Shown piece after piece: positions 36,884 through 45,456 of a stretch of 64,000 bases of DNA (its first letter is position 1; every line of letters starts with the position of its first letter). A program made the translations under genes and the position numbers. Origin of the DNA: Oscillospiraceae bacterium (lineage in GTDB: Bacteria; Bacillota; Clostridia; Oscillospirales; CAG-272). Below the pieces are notes generated by a model. That model saw nothing but the letters and a program-made list of their open reading frames with translations. It was not told the DNA's origin and ran no database searches. The DNA lies in the NCBI GenBank assembly GCA_015064785.1, contig SVRM01000005.1, forward strand, positions 362 to 64,361, given 5' to 3'.

Positions 36884-38539
36884 TTATTTCCCGGCAGACC
36901 GCCGCGGCAGAAGTCCGATCCAGTCCGCAGTATGAACGCCGTATGCATCAGCAGCATCACAGCACAGATATGCCATGGACAGAGGACCGATTCCCTGACC
37001 GTCCGTCTGTCCGCCGCCAGACGGCTGCTCCAGCGCCATTGCCTTCAGCGCCGTTGTCTGCGGCAGAAGATACTGCTCCTTCTCCGAAATTTCCGCATGG
37101 CACGGATACAGCTCCAGATGGGAAATGATGCCGCCGCCCGCCTTCAAAACCATTGCGCGCCGGATCTCACCGGTCTCGTCCAGCAGCGGAATCCCGCGGT
37201 AGGTGTATCCGTAGGTCAGCACAAGAGTCTCCTCCTCCGCGTCCGAAGCCATGCGCACATCGAGCAGTGAACAGACCAGCGCGTCACCGCCGAATGCGGA
37301 TTCTTCGGTTTCCAGAAGAGACAGCAAGCGGTCGGACGCACGCAGATATTCCGACAGCAGATAATCGCCGCCGATGCTGGCATATCCGAGATATTCCGCC
37401 AGATCAAGACCGCCCTCCTGCAATGCGTCATAGTAAAATGCACTGGCTGTTCCCGATACCGTCAGACGACCGGACGCATTCAGATAGATTCTGGTTCCGC
37501 TGCCGTCTGTATAATAGCTGTCCTTGTCGCGTTCCCGCATTCCGAGCAGTCCCAGCACGGCAGACAGCGTTTCCGCATCTCCGTACAATGCCGCCGCGGG
37601 ATCATACGGTGTCAGCATAATCTGCGGCATCCGATAGATGCCGTCAAGCGATGCCGCCGTTGCAGTCCCATACGGTATCAGTGTCCCTGTCTGTGCATCC
37701 GAGGTCAGCGTTTCCATGGAATCCAGATACAGATCCAGTACGCCGGTTTTCTCCTCTGCCATCTCCTGCGCATCGGTGCTGAACAGTGCAATTCCGGCGC
37801 TGTCATCCAGTCCCGTGTCTTCCGTCAGTTCCTCCGCCGGTGCCGAACTCCCCGGCATTTGTGCGGTCCCCGACATACAGTACAGCGTAACCGCACCACC
37901 GTCATCGCAGGTCAGCGCACAGACAGCATCGGTGTCATTCGACAGCGCCATCGGAAGCACGTCTGCCCACGGCCGCAGCGATTGCAGCGGGATCAGATAC
38001 AGCTCATGCAGATAAGAGGCTTCCCCGCCGGTACGTTCATCCAGAACCGCCGCCGTGGTTTCGCTGTCCTCCGCAGAATAGGTGTAAGCGCGGATCACCG
38101 ACACCGGCAGCGCTCCGTGATACCGGATATAGATACAGTCCTCCATCTGTGCACATGCCGCAAGCAGCTCGCCCCCGACCGCCGCATCCGCCGCATAGCC
38201 GACCGCACGCGAACCAAACAGATCACGCAGCAGCGGATACAGCCTCTCATACGGCTTGCCGAGTGCATCGGACGCATACAGAATCCGGAATGCACCGCCG
38301 CCGCGCCGGTATGCCAGCAGCTGCGGAGCGACACGCGCGGTATCCATTCCGGCAGCAAACATCGGCTGTGCACCGGAGGCATAGACCACCATACGGTCCG
38401 CCAGCGGCAGAGCTTCTTCCCTTGTGCCGTTCTGACCGATCATCAGAAGAACCAGCAGAACCAGCATAACCACAATCAGAATAAAAATCATCAGAGATTT
38501 GACCGCTTCCGCGGGAGAAAACACAGAATGCTGCTTCAT
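36884..38539 (-). CDS. yycH: YycH-like regulatory protein of the WalRK system
   Basis: 551 aa with a single N-terminal TM helix (LMIFILIVVMLVLLVLLMI) and a large extracytoplasmic domain. Its start overlaps the walK stop by 4 nt (ATGA), as in Bacillus walK-yycH. The call rests on position and topology. Confidence 0.55.
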   Translation of the reverse strand: MKQHSVFSPAEAVKSLMIFILIVVMLVLLVLLMIGQNGTREEALPLADRMVVYASGAQPMFAAGMDTARVAPQLLAYRRGGGAFRILYASDALGKPYERLYPLLRDLFGSRAVGYAADAAVGGELLAACAQMEDCIYIRYHGALPVSVIRAYTYSAEDSETTAAVLDERTGGEASYLHELYLIPLQSLRPWADVLPMALSNDTDAVCALTCDDGGAVTLYCMSGTAQMPGSSAPAEELTEDTGLDDSAGIALFSTDAQEMAEEKTGVLDLYLDSMETLTSDAQTGTLIPYGTATAASLDGIYRMPQIMLTPYDPAAALYGDAETLSAVLGLLGMRERDKDSYYTDGSGTRIYLNASGRLTVSGTASAFYYDALQEGGLDLAEYLGYASIGGDYLLSEYLRASDRLLSLLETEESAFGGDALVCSLLDVRMASDAEEETLVLTYGYTYRGIPLLDETGEIRRAMVLKAGGGIISHLELYPCHAEISEKEQYLLPQTTALKAMALEQPSGGGQTDGQGIGPLSMAYLCCDAADAYGVHTADWIGLLPRRSAGK

Positions 38540-40425
38540 GCTGTCGGTTCCTCCTCCTGCGCCGCCTCATCGGCAAGCGGTGAGCGGATGGGCAGAATGA
38601 CCGTCAGCTCCGTGCCGCGGCCGAGCACACTGTTCAGCTTGATTTTGCCGCCGTGCGCTTCCACCAGCTCTTTGGCAATGGCAAGTCCCAGACCGGTACC
38701 GCCGGCACCGGTTGTTCTCGATTTTTCAACGCGGTAGAAACGCTCAAACAGATGCGGCTGATCTTCTTTGGGAATGCCGATACCGTTGTCGCGCACGCTG
38801 ATTGCCACATGCGAGCGGTTTGCCGCCGCACGCAGCAGGATCTGACCGCCGTCAGGAGTATATTTGACCGCATTTGTCAGAATATTCAGAAGCACCTGCT
38901 CCACGCGGTCCTTATCCGCCGTAATCTGCGGCAGATTGTCATCCAGCCGCACAGACAGTGTATGCCGATGCTCGGCAATATCGTTTTTTACAACCTCGCA
39001 CATGTGACGGATCACCGCCTCGACCGAGAAGGTCGAAATTTCCCACTTGGTGCGGTTGTTGTCCAGGCGCGACAGCACCAGAAGGTCGCCGACAATGCGC
39101 GTCATCCGGTCGGATTCCTCCACCGCCATCGACAGAAAGCTCTCCCGCATGTCCGACGGCATATCGGGATACCGCAGAACCGTTTCCGCCGCACCCTTGA
39201 TGGAGGTCAGCGGTGTGCGCAGCTCATGCGAGACATTGGCGACAAATTCCCGTCTGCTGCGGTCCAGCTCGTACCGACCGGTGACATCGTGGATGACCGC
39301 AATGACGCCAGTGTGGTTTTCGTTGTTTTCCATATAACGGAAATTGCCCAGAGACACGTCAAACACGCGCTCACGCAGTGCAATCTCCCGCAGGACATAG
39401 CCTTCATCCCCTGTCTCCGAATCGCGCTCCAGCGCCGCACGGAAAATGGGATTGTCCTCGATGCCGCACAGCCGCAGAAGCCATGCCAGCGTCATTGTCT
39501 GCGCCTCTTCCGCATCGCCCTGCTCCGTGAGGACAGCGCCTTCCATCAGCGGCACAAACAGATCGCGCGCAGTGGTATTCTGGTGCATGACCGAGCCGTC
39601 GTCACGGAACGCAACCACGGCATCCTTGAGGTAAAAGAAGACCGTTTCGAGCTTTTTCTGCTCACCGGAAACCTGATCGATGGTGTTCTTGAGAACCGAT
39701 TTCATATGGTTGAACGTATCGGTCAGCGTACCGATTTCATCGCGGGAATGCACGTCGATTTCCTGCTCGAATTCACCTGCCGCAATCTGCTGTGCGCCGC
39801 GCGTCAGGCTCTGAATCGGTGCGGTGATGGTCTTCGCAAGGAAAAAGGACAGCAGAATCGCAAACAGCGATCCGAACAGCAATGCCTGCAAAATGATGGA
39901 GAATAGCATCCAGTTCAGATCCTGCATCTCCTCCTTGCTATCACGCACATAGACCAGATACGACTCCGTTTCCGACGCAATGCGGATACAGAAGTCCAGA
40001 CTGTCAGCACCGGCCCGCTGTTCCGAACCGCTGCCGCCGTTCATGACAGACAGGATATTCGGCGTCAGATAGACCGTCTCTCCGATATGGAACATGGAGG
40101 ATGTATCGGAGGCTGCAAGCACTGCACCGTTTTCGTCCAGAATGGCAGCGGAACGGTTGGCATCCAGTCCGAGATGACCGGAATACGCATCCAGCATGAT
40201 GACCATCGCCGCCGCACCGTCACCGCGGCCGACAACCTCCTCCAGATAGTCGTAAAGCTCCGCGCCGGGCACAAAGCTCTCCTCCATCTGTTTGCGGAAA
40301 TCCTCTGCAAAATAGGAGGAAACACCGTTGAGCAGAATTGTACCGACAACGGCCATAATGGTTGCGATAAAGATAATCAGAATCAGAATGATTTTGAAAT
40401 ACAGACTCCGGTACAATACACGCAC
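38536..40425 (-). CDS. walK: Sensor histidine kinase WalK-like
   Basis: 629 aa. Two TM helices flank an extracellular domain, followed by HAMP, PAS, an H-box (SHELRTPLTSIKG) and N/G boxes. GTG start with RBS AGGAGAGGA. Confidence 0.85.
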   Translation of the reverse strand: MRVLYRSLYFKIILILIIFIATIMAVVGTILLNGVSSYFAEDFRKQMEESFVPGAELYDYLEEVVGRGDGAAAMVIMLDAYSGHLGLDANRSAAILDENGAVLAASDTSSMFHIGETVYLTPNILSVMNGGSGSEQRAGADSLDFCIRIASETESYLVYVRDSKEEMQDLNWMLFSIILQALLFGSLFAILLSFFLAKTITAPIQSLTRGAQQIAAGEFEQEIDVHSRDEIGTLTDTFNHMKSVLKNTIDQVSGEQKKLETVFFYLKDAVVAFRDDGSVMHQNTTARDLFVPLMEGAVLTEQGDAEEAQTMTLAWLLRLCGIEDNPIFRAALERDSETGDEGYVLREIALRERVFDVSLGNFRYMENNENHTGVIAVIHDVTGRYELDRSRREFVANVSHELRTPLTSIKGAAETVLRYPDMPSDMRESFLSMAVEESDRMTRIVGDLLVLSRLDNNRTKWEISTFSVEAVIRHMCEVVKNDIAEHRHTLSVRLDDNLPQITADKDRVEQVLLNILTNAVKYTPDGGQILLRAAANRSHVAISVRDNGIGIPKEDQPHLFERFYRVEKSRTTGAGGTGLGLAIAKELVEAHGGKIKLNSVLGRGTELTVILPIRSPLADEAAQEEEPTA

Positions 40426-40456
40426 CGTCCTCTCCTGAAAATTTTATCTGACCGGA

Positions 40457-41158
40457 TTATGCCAGATAATAGCCGTAGCCGTGCTTGGAAAAAATATATT
40501 CGGGATGCGTCGGATCCGTTTCGATCTTGTTGCGCAGACGGCTGACCGTGACATCAACCGTGCGGCGATCCCCGAAAAACTCCTTATATCCCCAGACCGA
40601 TTCGAGCAGCTCCTCCCGCTTGAAGGGCTTTCCCTGATTCGCCGCAAGGAACGCCAGCAGATCATATTCAATCTTGGACAGCGCAATCGGCTCCCCGGCC
40701 TTTGTCACGCTGTATTTTTCGTTGTCAATCACAAGCTCGCGGACCTCCAGGACCGTGCTTGCTTTCGCTTCCGTCACGACCTCGTTTGCACTGCGCCGCA
40801 GATTTGCCTTGATGCGGGCGAGCAGAACATTGACGGAAAAAGGCTTTGTGACATAGTCGTCCGCCCCGAGGTCCAGACCGAGAATTTTATCGACATCCTC
40901 TTCCTTTGCCGTCACCATAATGATCGGTGTATCCAGCCGCATCCGTATGCCGCGGCAGACTGTGAAGCCGTCCATTTTGGGCAGCATGATATCCAGAAGG
41001 ATCAGATCAAAATTGCCGCGGAGTGCCTTTTTCAGCCCTTCCTCTCCGTCGGAAGCAATCTCATAGTCATACCCTGCCTGCATCAGATTGAACGCAAGTA
41101 CCTGTGCAATGTTCTTCTCATCTTCTACAATCAGTATTTTTTTCTTGCTGTCATTCAT
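40457..41158 (-). CDS. walR: OmpR-family response regulator WalR-like
   Basis: KILIVEDEKNIAQVLAFNL...DLILLDIMLPKMDGFTVCRGIR...PIIMVTAKEEDVDKILGLDLGADDYVTKPFSVNVLLARIKANLRR is closely similar to Bacillus WalR as I recall it. The ATG at 41158 is preferred; ATG at 41170 or 41191 is possible. Confidence 0.85.
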   Translation of the reverse strand: MNDSKKKILIVEDEKNIAQVLAFNLMQAGYDYEIASDGEEGLKKALRGNFDLILLDIMLPKMDGFTVCRGIRMRLDTPIIMVTAKEEDVDKILGLDLGADDYVTKPFSVNVLLARIKANLRRSANEVVTEAKASTVLEVRELVIDNEKYSVTKAGEPIALSKIEYDLLAFLAANQGKPFKREELLESVWGYKEFFGDRRTVDVTVSRLRNKIETDPTHPEYIFSKHGYGYYLA

Positions 41159-41212
41159 ATCAATCACCATGGCTTTCCGTTTGCAAGTCATTCATTCGTT
41201 GAAAATTGGGTT

Positions 41213-42499
41213 TTACGGAAACACAACCGGCACGGTTGCTTCCGTGATGATCTGCGATACCACACCGGCATCACTCAGCCGCTGAAGCAGAACAGGCAGA
41301 ACCTGCGCCGCCGTGTCCGTACAGTGCATCCGGATCACCGGATAATAGCTGGTCAGCAGCGCCGCATCGATTTTGGCAAGCACCGCGTCGGCGTGATAGG
41401 ACAAATCATGATCCATTGCAGAAATATTCCAGTCCCACAAGACATAGCCGTGCTGTGCCAGCGTCTCCTTCTGCTGCTCCGACAAATACAGCCTTCCGGA
41501 ATGCGATCCCTCCGGCAGACGCACCAGACGGGTTTTCCGCCGTACCAGCGCATACAGCAGTTCATTTTCTTCCTCGAGCGCGGCAAGGAGATCCGCGGTG
41601 TCCCGCAGCGCATACTCGTCCGCGGTCATCCCGTGCAGACCGAGCGTATGCCCTTCTGCCAGAATGCGGAGAACCGTATCGGTATACTGCGTCAGCTGTT
41701 CCCCGGTGACAAAGAACACCGCATGTGCACCAAAGGTACGCAGCGTATCCAAAAGCACCGGCGTATGGGTATCCTCAATATCCTCAAACGTCAGATAAAC
41801 GGAGGATGCGCGATAGATGTCCGGTTCACGGACAGGCGGCTCCGTCACAGGCGGCTCTGTGACAGGCGGCTCCGTCACAGGCGGTTCTGTCACGACAGGT
41901 CCCGTCACAGGCGGCTCCGTCACCGGGATCGTCTGCACCGTCGTCTCCGGCTCCGTTTCTGTCACAGGCGGCGGCATATACACCGACAGAAGCTCCTCAA
42001 AGGTCTTCTTCTGCCCGCCGTCGCAGATACGGACCGTATTAAAATCCGCCGAAATTTCAAAGGTCCAGCCGAAATACGCACACATGTCACGCATCGGCAG
42101 ATACCGTTCTCTGGAGTACAGCATGGTATGGAGGAGAATCAGCGTACTGCGTTCCGTCTGTGCATAGGTGCTGTCATTTAAGTTGAAGGACAGGTACTTT
42201 TCCGTCACCGTGTCCTGAATGATAAAAACCGTATTGTTTTTTGCGGTACCGCGCCGGACACGCATCCCTTCGATGTCCTCATAGAAGGACAGCGGGATCC
42301 AGAAGTCCTTCATCGCACCGATGGTATAGCCCAGTGCCGGATAATAGTCATCCATGACCCACACCGTATCGTTATAGAACAGGGTCGGTACCTCCGGCTT
42401 CACCGCAAGCACCCGCGGCATGATCGCCGAACCGATCACAAGAACTGCGGCAGCCAGCCAGAGCGCCGCAAAGGAAATCCACTGTTTACATCTGCTCAC
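41213..42499 (-). CDS. Polysaccharide deacetylase (NodB-domain) protein with N-terminal anchor and a repeat linker
   Basis: 428 aa. TM anchor, an unknown domain, a (TEPPV)n linker, then NodB-like motifs (LTFEDI, GHTLGLHG). The GTG start overlaps the upstream stop (GTGA). Confidence 0.8.
   Translation of the reverse strand: MSRCKQWISFAALWLAAAVLVIGSAIMPRVLAVKPEVPTLFYNDTVWVMDDYYPALGYTIGAMKDFWIPLSFYEDIEGMRVRRGTAKNNTVFIIQDTVTEKYLSFNLNDSTYAQTERSTLILLHTMLYSRERYLPMRDMCAYFGWTFEISADFNTVRICDGGQKKTFEELLSVYMPPPVTETEPETTVQTIPVTEPPVTGPVVTEPPVTEPPVTEPPVTEPPVREPDIYRASSVYLTFEDIEDTHTPVLLDTLRTFGAHAVFFVTGEQLTQYTDTVLRILAEGHTLGLHGMTADEYALRDTADLLAALEEENELLYALVRRKTRLVRLPEGSHSGRLYLSEQQKETLAQHGYVLWDWNISAMDHDLSYHADAVLAKIDAALLTSYYPVIRMHCTDTAAQVLPVLLQRLSDAGVVSQIITEATVPVVFP
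41822..41926. repeat. In-frame 15-bp tandem repeat, about 7 units, encoding (TEPPV)n
   Basis: GGCGGCTCCGTCACA-type units are visible directly in the sequence. They translate on the minus strand to TEPPVTGPVVTEPPVTEPPVTEPPVTEPPV. Confidence 0.85.
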
Positions 42500-43695
42500 G
42501 CGGCACCGTCCTCTGATGCAGGCGCCGTTTCCCCTGCCGGTTCCGCATCATCCGGCGGCAGCGCCTCTGCTTTGACAACACCGTAAAAATACGATACGGC
42601 AAGATCGACCACCAGACCGTAGCTCTTGGTTCCCTCCGTCTGTCCCTGCACCTTCAGATACGTATCGTTGACCGCATTGGAAATCTGGGCGGCGGTGTTG
42701 TCCCTATATTTTTCATAAAAGTCATTGTATGCCTGCATCTCATAGCGGATACGCATATCCAGAGAATAGAAGGTTTCCTCCCACAGCGCCCGGTCTGCCG
42801 AATACAGCGCATTGGACAGATATTCCACCAGATTGACATAGCCCGAATAGCGCGTATACGGCTGATCGGACTGGATGCAAACCAGAAAAGCAATGAAGTT
42901 TGCTTCTTTTTCGCGCGCAAAGCCGCGCTGATGTGCCAGCTCATGCGCCGCGGTAAACGGCAGGGTGTAGTCCGGGAAATTGATATTGAGATTGGATTCC
43001 CCGGTAAAGAAGGTATAGATACCGGTGATATGCGTATATGACATCGGTTCACTCAGAATGACCGGCTTGACCGACGATGAAAACTGCCAGAAAACAGGAT
43101 GGTCCCGGTGCAGGCGCTCATAGCCGATCATCAGATCGCGGCACATGCTGCCGTAATTGTCAAACGGCATGACCGATGCACCGCCGAATGCAAAGTCCAC
43201 ATCATTGCACAGGCTGTTTGCTTCGTTGATTGCCCACTGCATCGTCTCCGCCAGCTGATGTGCCGACACCTTTTCCTCGGGAAAGCCGAGCCGTTCGGAA
43301 AGCGGCGATGCCAGCGAACCGATGCCGAGCGTCGGAACAAACAGGGTAAACAGCAGACAGATCACCGACAGCAGCACACAGATGTACCGGATACCGGCGC
43401 GCATCGAATGCCTTGCGCACCGCACGGCATAGGCAATCAGCACCGCCAGCAGCAGAGGAGACGAAAGCAAAAGTCCCTCCGCCAGGGAAAACGGCAGAAG
43501 CGAGGTCAGCTTTGCCGTAATCATCCGCAGAACGCCGCCGTACCAGCGGTTGACCGCATCGGCAAACGCCGGCTGTACCCGTGCGGTGAGATAGACAATC
43601 AGCGTCAGTACAGCCGCCGCAAAGGAGATCGGCAAAATCGGCGGAACATACCGTTTCCATCGGATTTTCCATTGTTCAAGCTTTGTCTTCGACAT
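42496..43695 (-). CDS. DUF3810-family membrane protein (putative zinc metallopeptidase, HELAH motif)
   Basis: N-terminal TM helices and the stretch TAAHELAHQRGFAREKEANFIAFL. The ATG at 43695 has RBS GAAAGGACGG. The track GTG at 43701 is an alternative start. The gene overlaps the pseudouridine synthase gene's 3' end. Confidence 0.8.
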   Translation of the reverse strand: MSKTKLEQWKIRWKRYVPPILPISFAAAVLTLIVYLTARVQPAFADAVNRWYGGVLRMITAKLTSLLPFSLAEGLLLSSPLLLAVLIAYAVRCARHSMRAGIRYICVLLSVICLLFTLFVPTLGIGSLASPLSERLGFPEEKVSAHQLAETMQWAINEANSLCNDVDFAFGGASVMPFDNYGSMCRDLMIGYERLHRDHPVFWQFSSSVKPVILSEPMSYTHITGIYTFFTGESNLNINFPDYTLPFTAAHELAHQRGFAREKEANFIAFLVCIQSDQPYTRYSGYVNLVEYLSNALYSADRALWEETFYSLDMRIRYEMQAYNDFYEKYRDNTAAQISNAVNDTYLKVQGQTEGTKSYGLVVDLAVSYFYGVVKAEALPPDDAEPAGETAPASEDGAA

Positions 43696-44617
43696 GCACA
43701 CGCGCCGTCCTTTCGTTAAAATATGGCATCAGATCAAGAAAATCCGCAGGCAGTGCCGCATACAGCGTCATGCGTGTTCCCGAGACAGGATGGTCAAACG
43801 CCGTCTTGCGGCAGTGCAGTGCCTGACGGGCAATCAGCGCATCGTTTTCCTGTCCGTACAGAAAATCACCGAGCATCGGACATCCGAGATGCGCAAAATG
43901 GACGCGGAGCTGATGCGTTCTTCCGGTGACGGGCTGTGCCGCACACAGGGTCAGCGCACGACCGTCCGGTGCTTCTCCGTACGCCAGAACGCGGTAACGT
44001 GTCAGCGCCGGCGCACCGTCCTCTTCCGTCACAATCCGCGTGATGACGCTGTCCTCCTGCCGCCGGATGCAGCCGGAAATCTCGCCGACCGCAGGCTCCA
44101 GATGCCCGACCAGTACACAGAGGTATTCCTTTTCCACCGATCCCGCCGTGTGTGCGCGCTGAAACTGATATGCCGCAGCACGGGTCTTTGCCACCGTCAC
44201 AAGCCCCGAGGTATCACGGTCAAGCCGTGAGCAGGAACGGAACACAAACGGCGTTTTCCGCTGTGCAAACAGATGCGCAAGCCCGTTGGCAAGCGTATCG
44301 GTGTAATGTCCGTGCGACGGATGCGTCGGCATAAACGGCGGCTTGTTCAAAACGATGATCGCGTCGTCCTCATAAAGAATATTCAGCGGCATGGGAGTCG
44401 GAACAATGTTGTCCGAGGAATCCTCATCCCGGTCGGCAAGCGACAGCGTATCGCCGATTTGCAGAACATACCGCACCGTCACGTGCGCACCGTTGACCAG
44501 AATCCCATGTGGATCCTGCTTGAGTGCTGTAATCTGTGCGCCGGACAGACGAAGGATCGTGCGCAGGTATGCTTTCACGGTGGTTCCGTGCTCATGTTCC
44601 GTTATGCGATAATCCAC
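43676..44617 (-). CDS. RluA-family 23S rRNA pseudouridine synthase (RluD-like)
   Basis: 313 aa. N-terminal S4-like domain, catalytic motif (SRLDRDTSGL) and a C-terminal HQLRVH. GTG start with RBS GGAGGGAA. Confidence 0.88.
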   Translation of the reverse strand: MDYRITEHEHGTTVKAYLRTILRLSGAQITALKQDPHGILVNGAHVTVRYVLQIGDTLSLADRDEDSSDNIVPTPMPLNILYEDDAIIVLNKPPFMPTHPSHGHYTDTLANGLAHLFAQRKTPFVFRSCSRLDRDTSGLVTVAKTRAAAYQFQRAHTAGSVEKEYLCVLVGHLEPAVGEISGCIRRQEDSVITRIVTEEDGAPALTRYRVLAYGEAPDGRALTLCAAQPVTGRTHQLRVHFAHLGCPMLGDFLYGQENDALIARQALHCRKTAFDHPVSGTRMTLYAALPADFLDLMPYFNERTARVHVEDKA

Positions 44618-44697
44618 AGCCGATTCCCTCCGCCCACAAAAATTCTCTCTTTAGATAATATTATACAACATCTGCGCCTGTTTTGCAAGGGCTTTTG

Positions 44698-45456
44698 TCA
44701 GATTGCAAAGGATGTATACGAAAAAAAGCGTCCGACCGGACGGAATCCGACAGACCGCGCCACGGCTGCTGAGCCTGTATTGGTGTGATAATGGCGGTAC
44801 AGCACAATCTGTCCCTCCTCGCACAGTGCCCGCGCGAGTGCGGCGACACAGGAACGCGCAAATCCGCATCTGCGCCAGTCCTTTGCACATTCCACACCGA
44901 TCTCGACACAGTGCTCGACCTCCGAAACCCGGTTGACCGACGCCATGCAGACGATTTCACCGTTCACAGTATGCGCAAACGCACCGCGCCGGATGCAGTC
45001 GTCCGATTTCATCGATGTGTGATTCTTCATGCCGCACATTGCCTCCGTCATGCGCACAGTGCCGCAAAGGATCGCAGATACATCCACCGCCGCCGCATCG
45101 TCCTGCACAAGAGAAATGCCGTACCGCGCCCAAAACGCCGACGGCTTGTATCCCCATGCAGCAAGATACGGACGAAGCGCTGTATCAAGTGCGGCAAATG
45201 CCGCATCGGAAAACAGTGCATCCGCAGAACGGTATTTCTCAAAATGCGCCGTCATAACAGAACGTGCGCTCGGATATGCAGAAGCGATCACCGCATCTCC
45301 GACACAGGCAAATGACACCGGGACAATGATGTTGAGATGCCGTGACAGCGGTGCTTCCTCTTTGTCGGCAAGCAGAATCCCGCCGTCGGTCATCGATGCA
45401 GCATCCGCACCGTGCCGCGCACATTCGTCAAGCCATAAATACTCCGCCGCCGTCAC
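44698..45456 (-). CDS. GNAT-family N-acetyltransferase (C-terminal acetyltransferase fold)
   Basis: 252 aa. The C-terminal stretch (VEIGVECAKDWRRCGFARSCVAALARALCEEGQ...GSAAVARSVGFRPVG) resembles a GNAT motif A region. The GTG start overlaps the CapA stop. Confidence 0.65.
   Translation of the reverse strand: MTAAEYLWLDECARHGADAASMTDGGILLADKEEAPLSRHLNIIVPVSFACVGDAVIASAYPSARSVMTAHFEKYRSADALFSDAAFAALDTALRPYLAAWGYKPSAFWARYGISLVQDDAAAVDVSAILCGTVRMTEAMCGMKNHTSMKSDDCIRRGAFAHTVNGEIVCMASVNRVSEVEHCVEIGVECAKDWRRCGFARSCVAALARALCEEGQIVLYRHYHTNTGSAAVARSVGFRPVGRFFSYTSFAI

Noticed and set aside
41822-41926. Short tandem repeats checked as possible CRISPR arrays. The GAAGCA-rich region of ftsZ at 62870-62995 was checked as well.
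   Set aside because: The units are 15 bp or shorter, contiguous with no spacers, in frame within clear CDSs, and translate to linker peptides. No cas genes are present.
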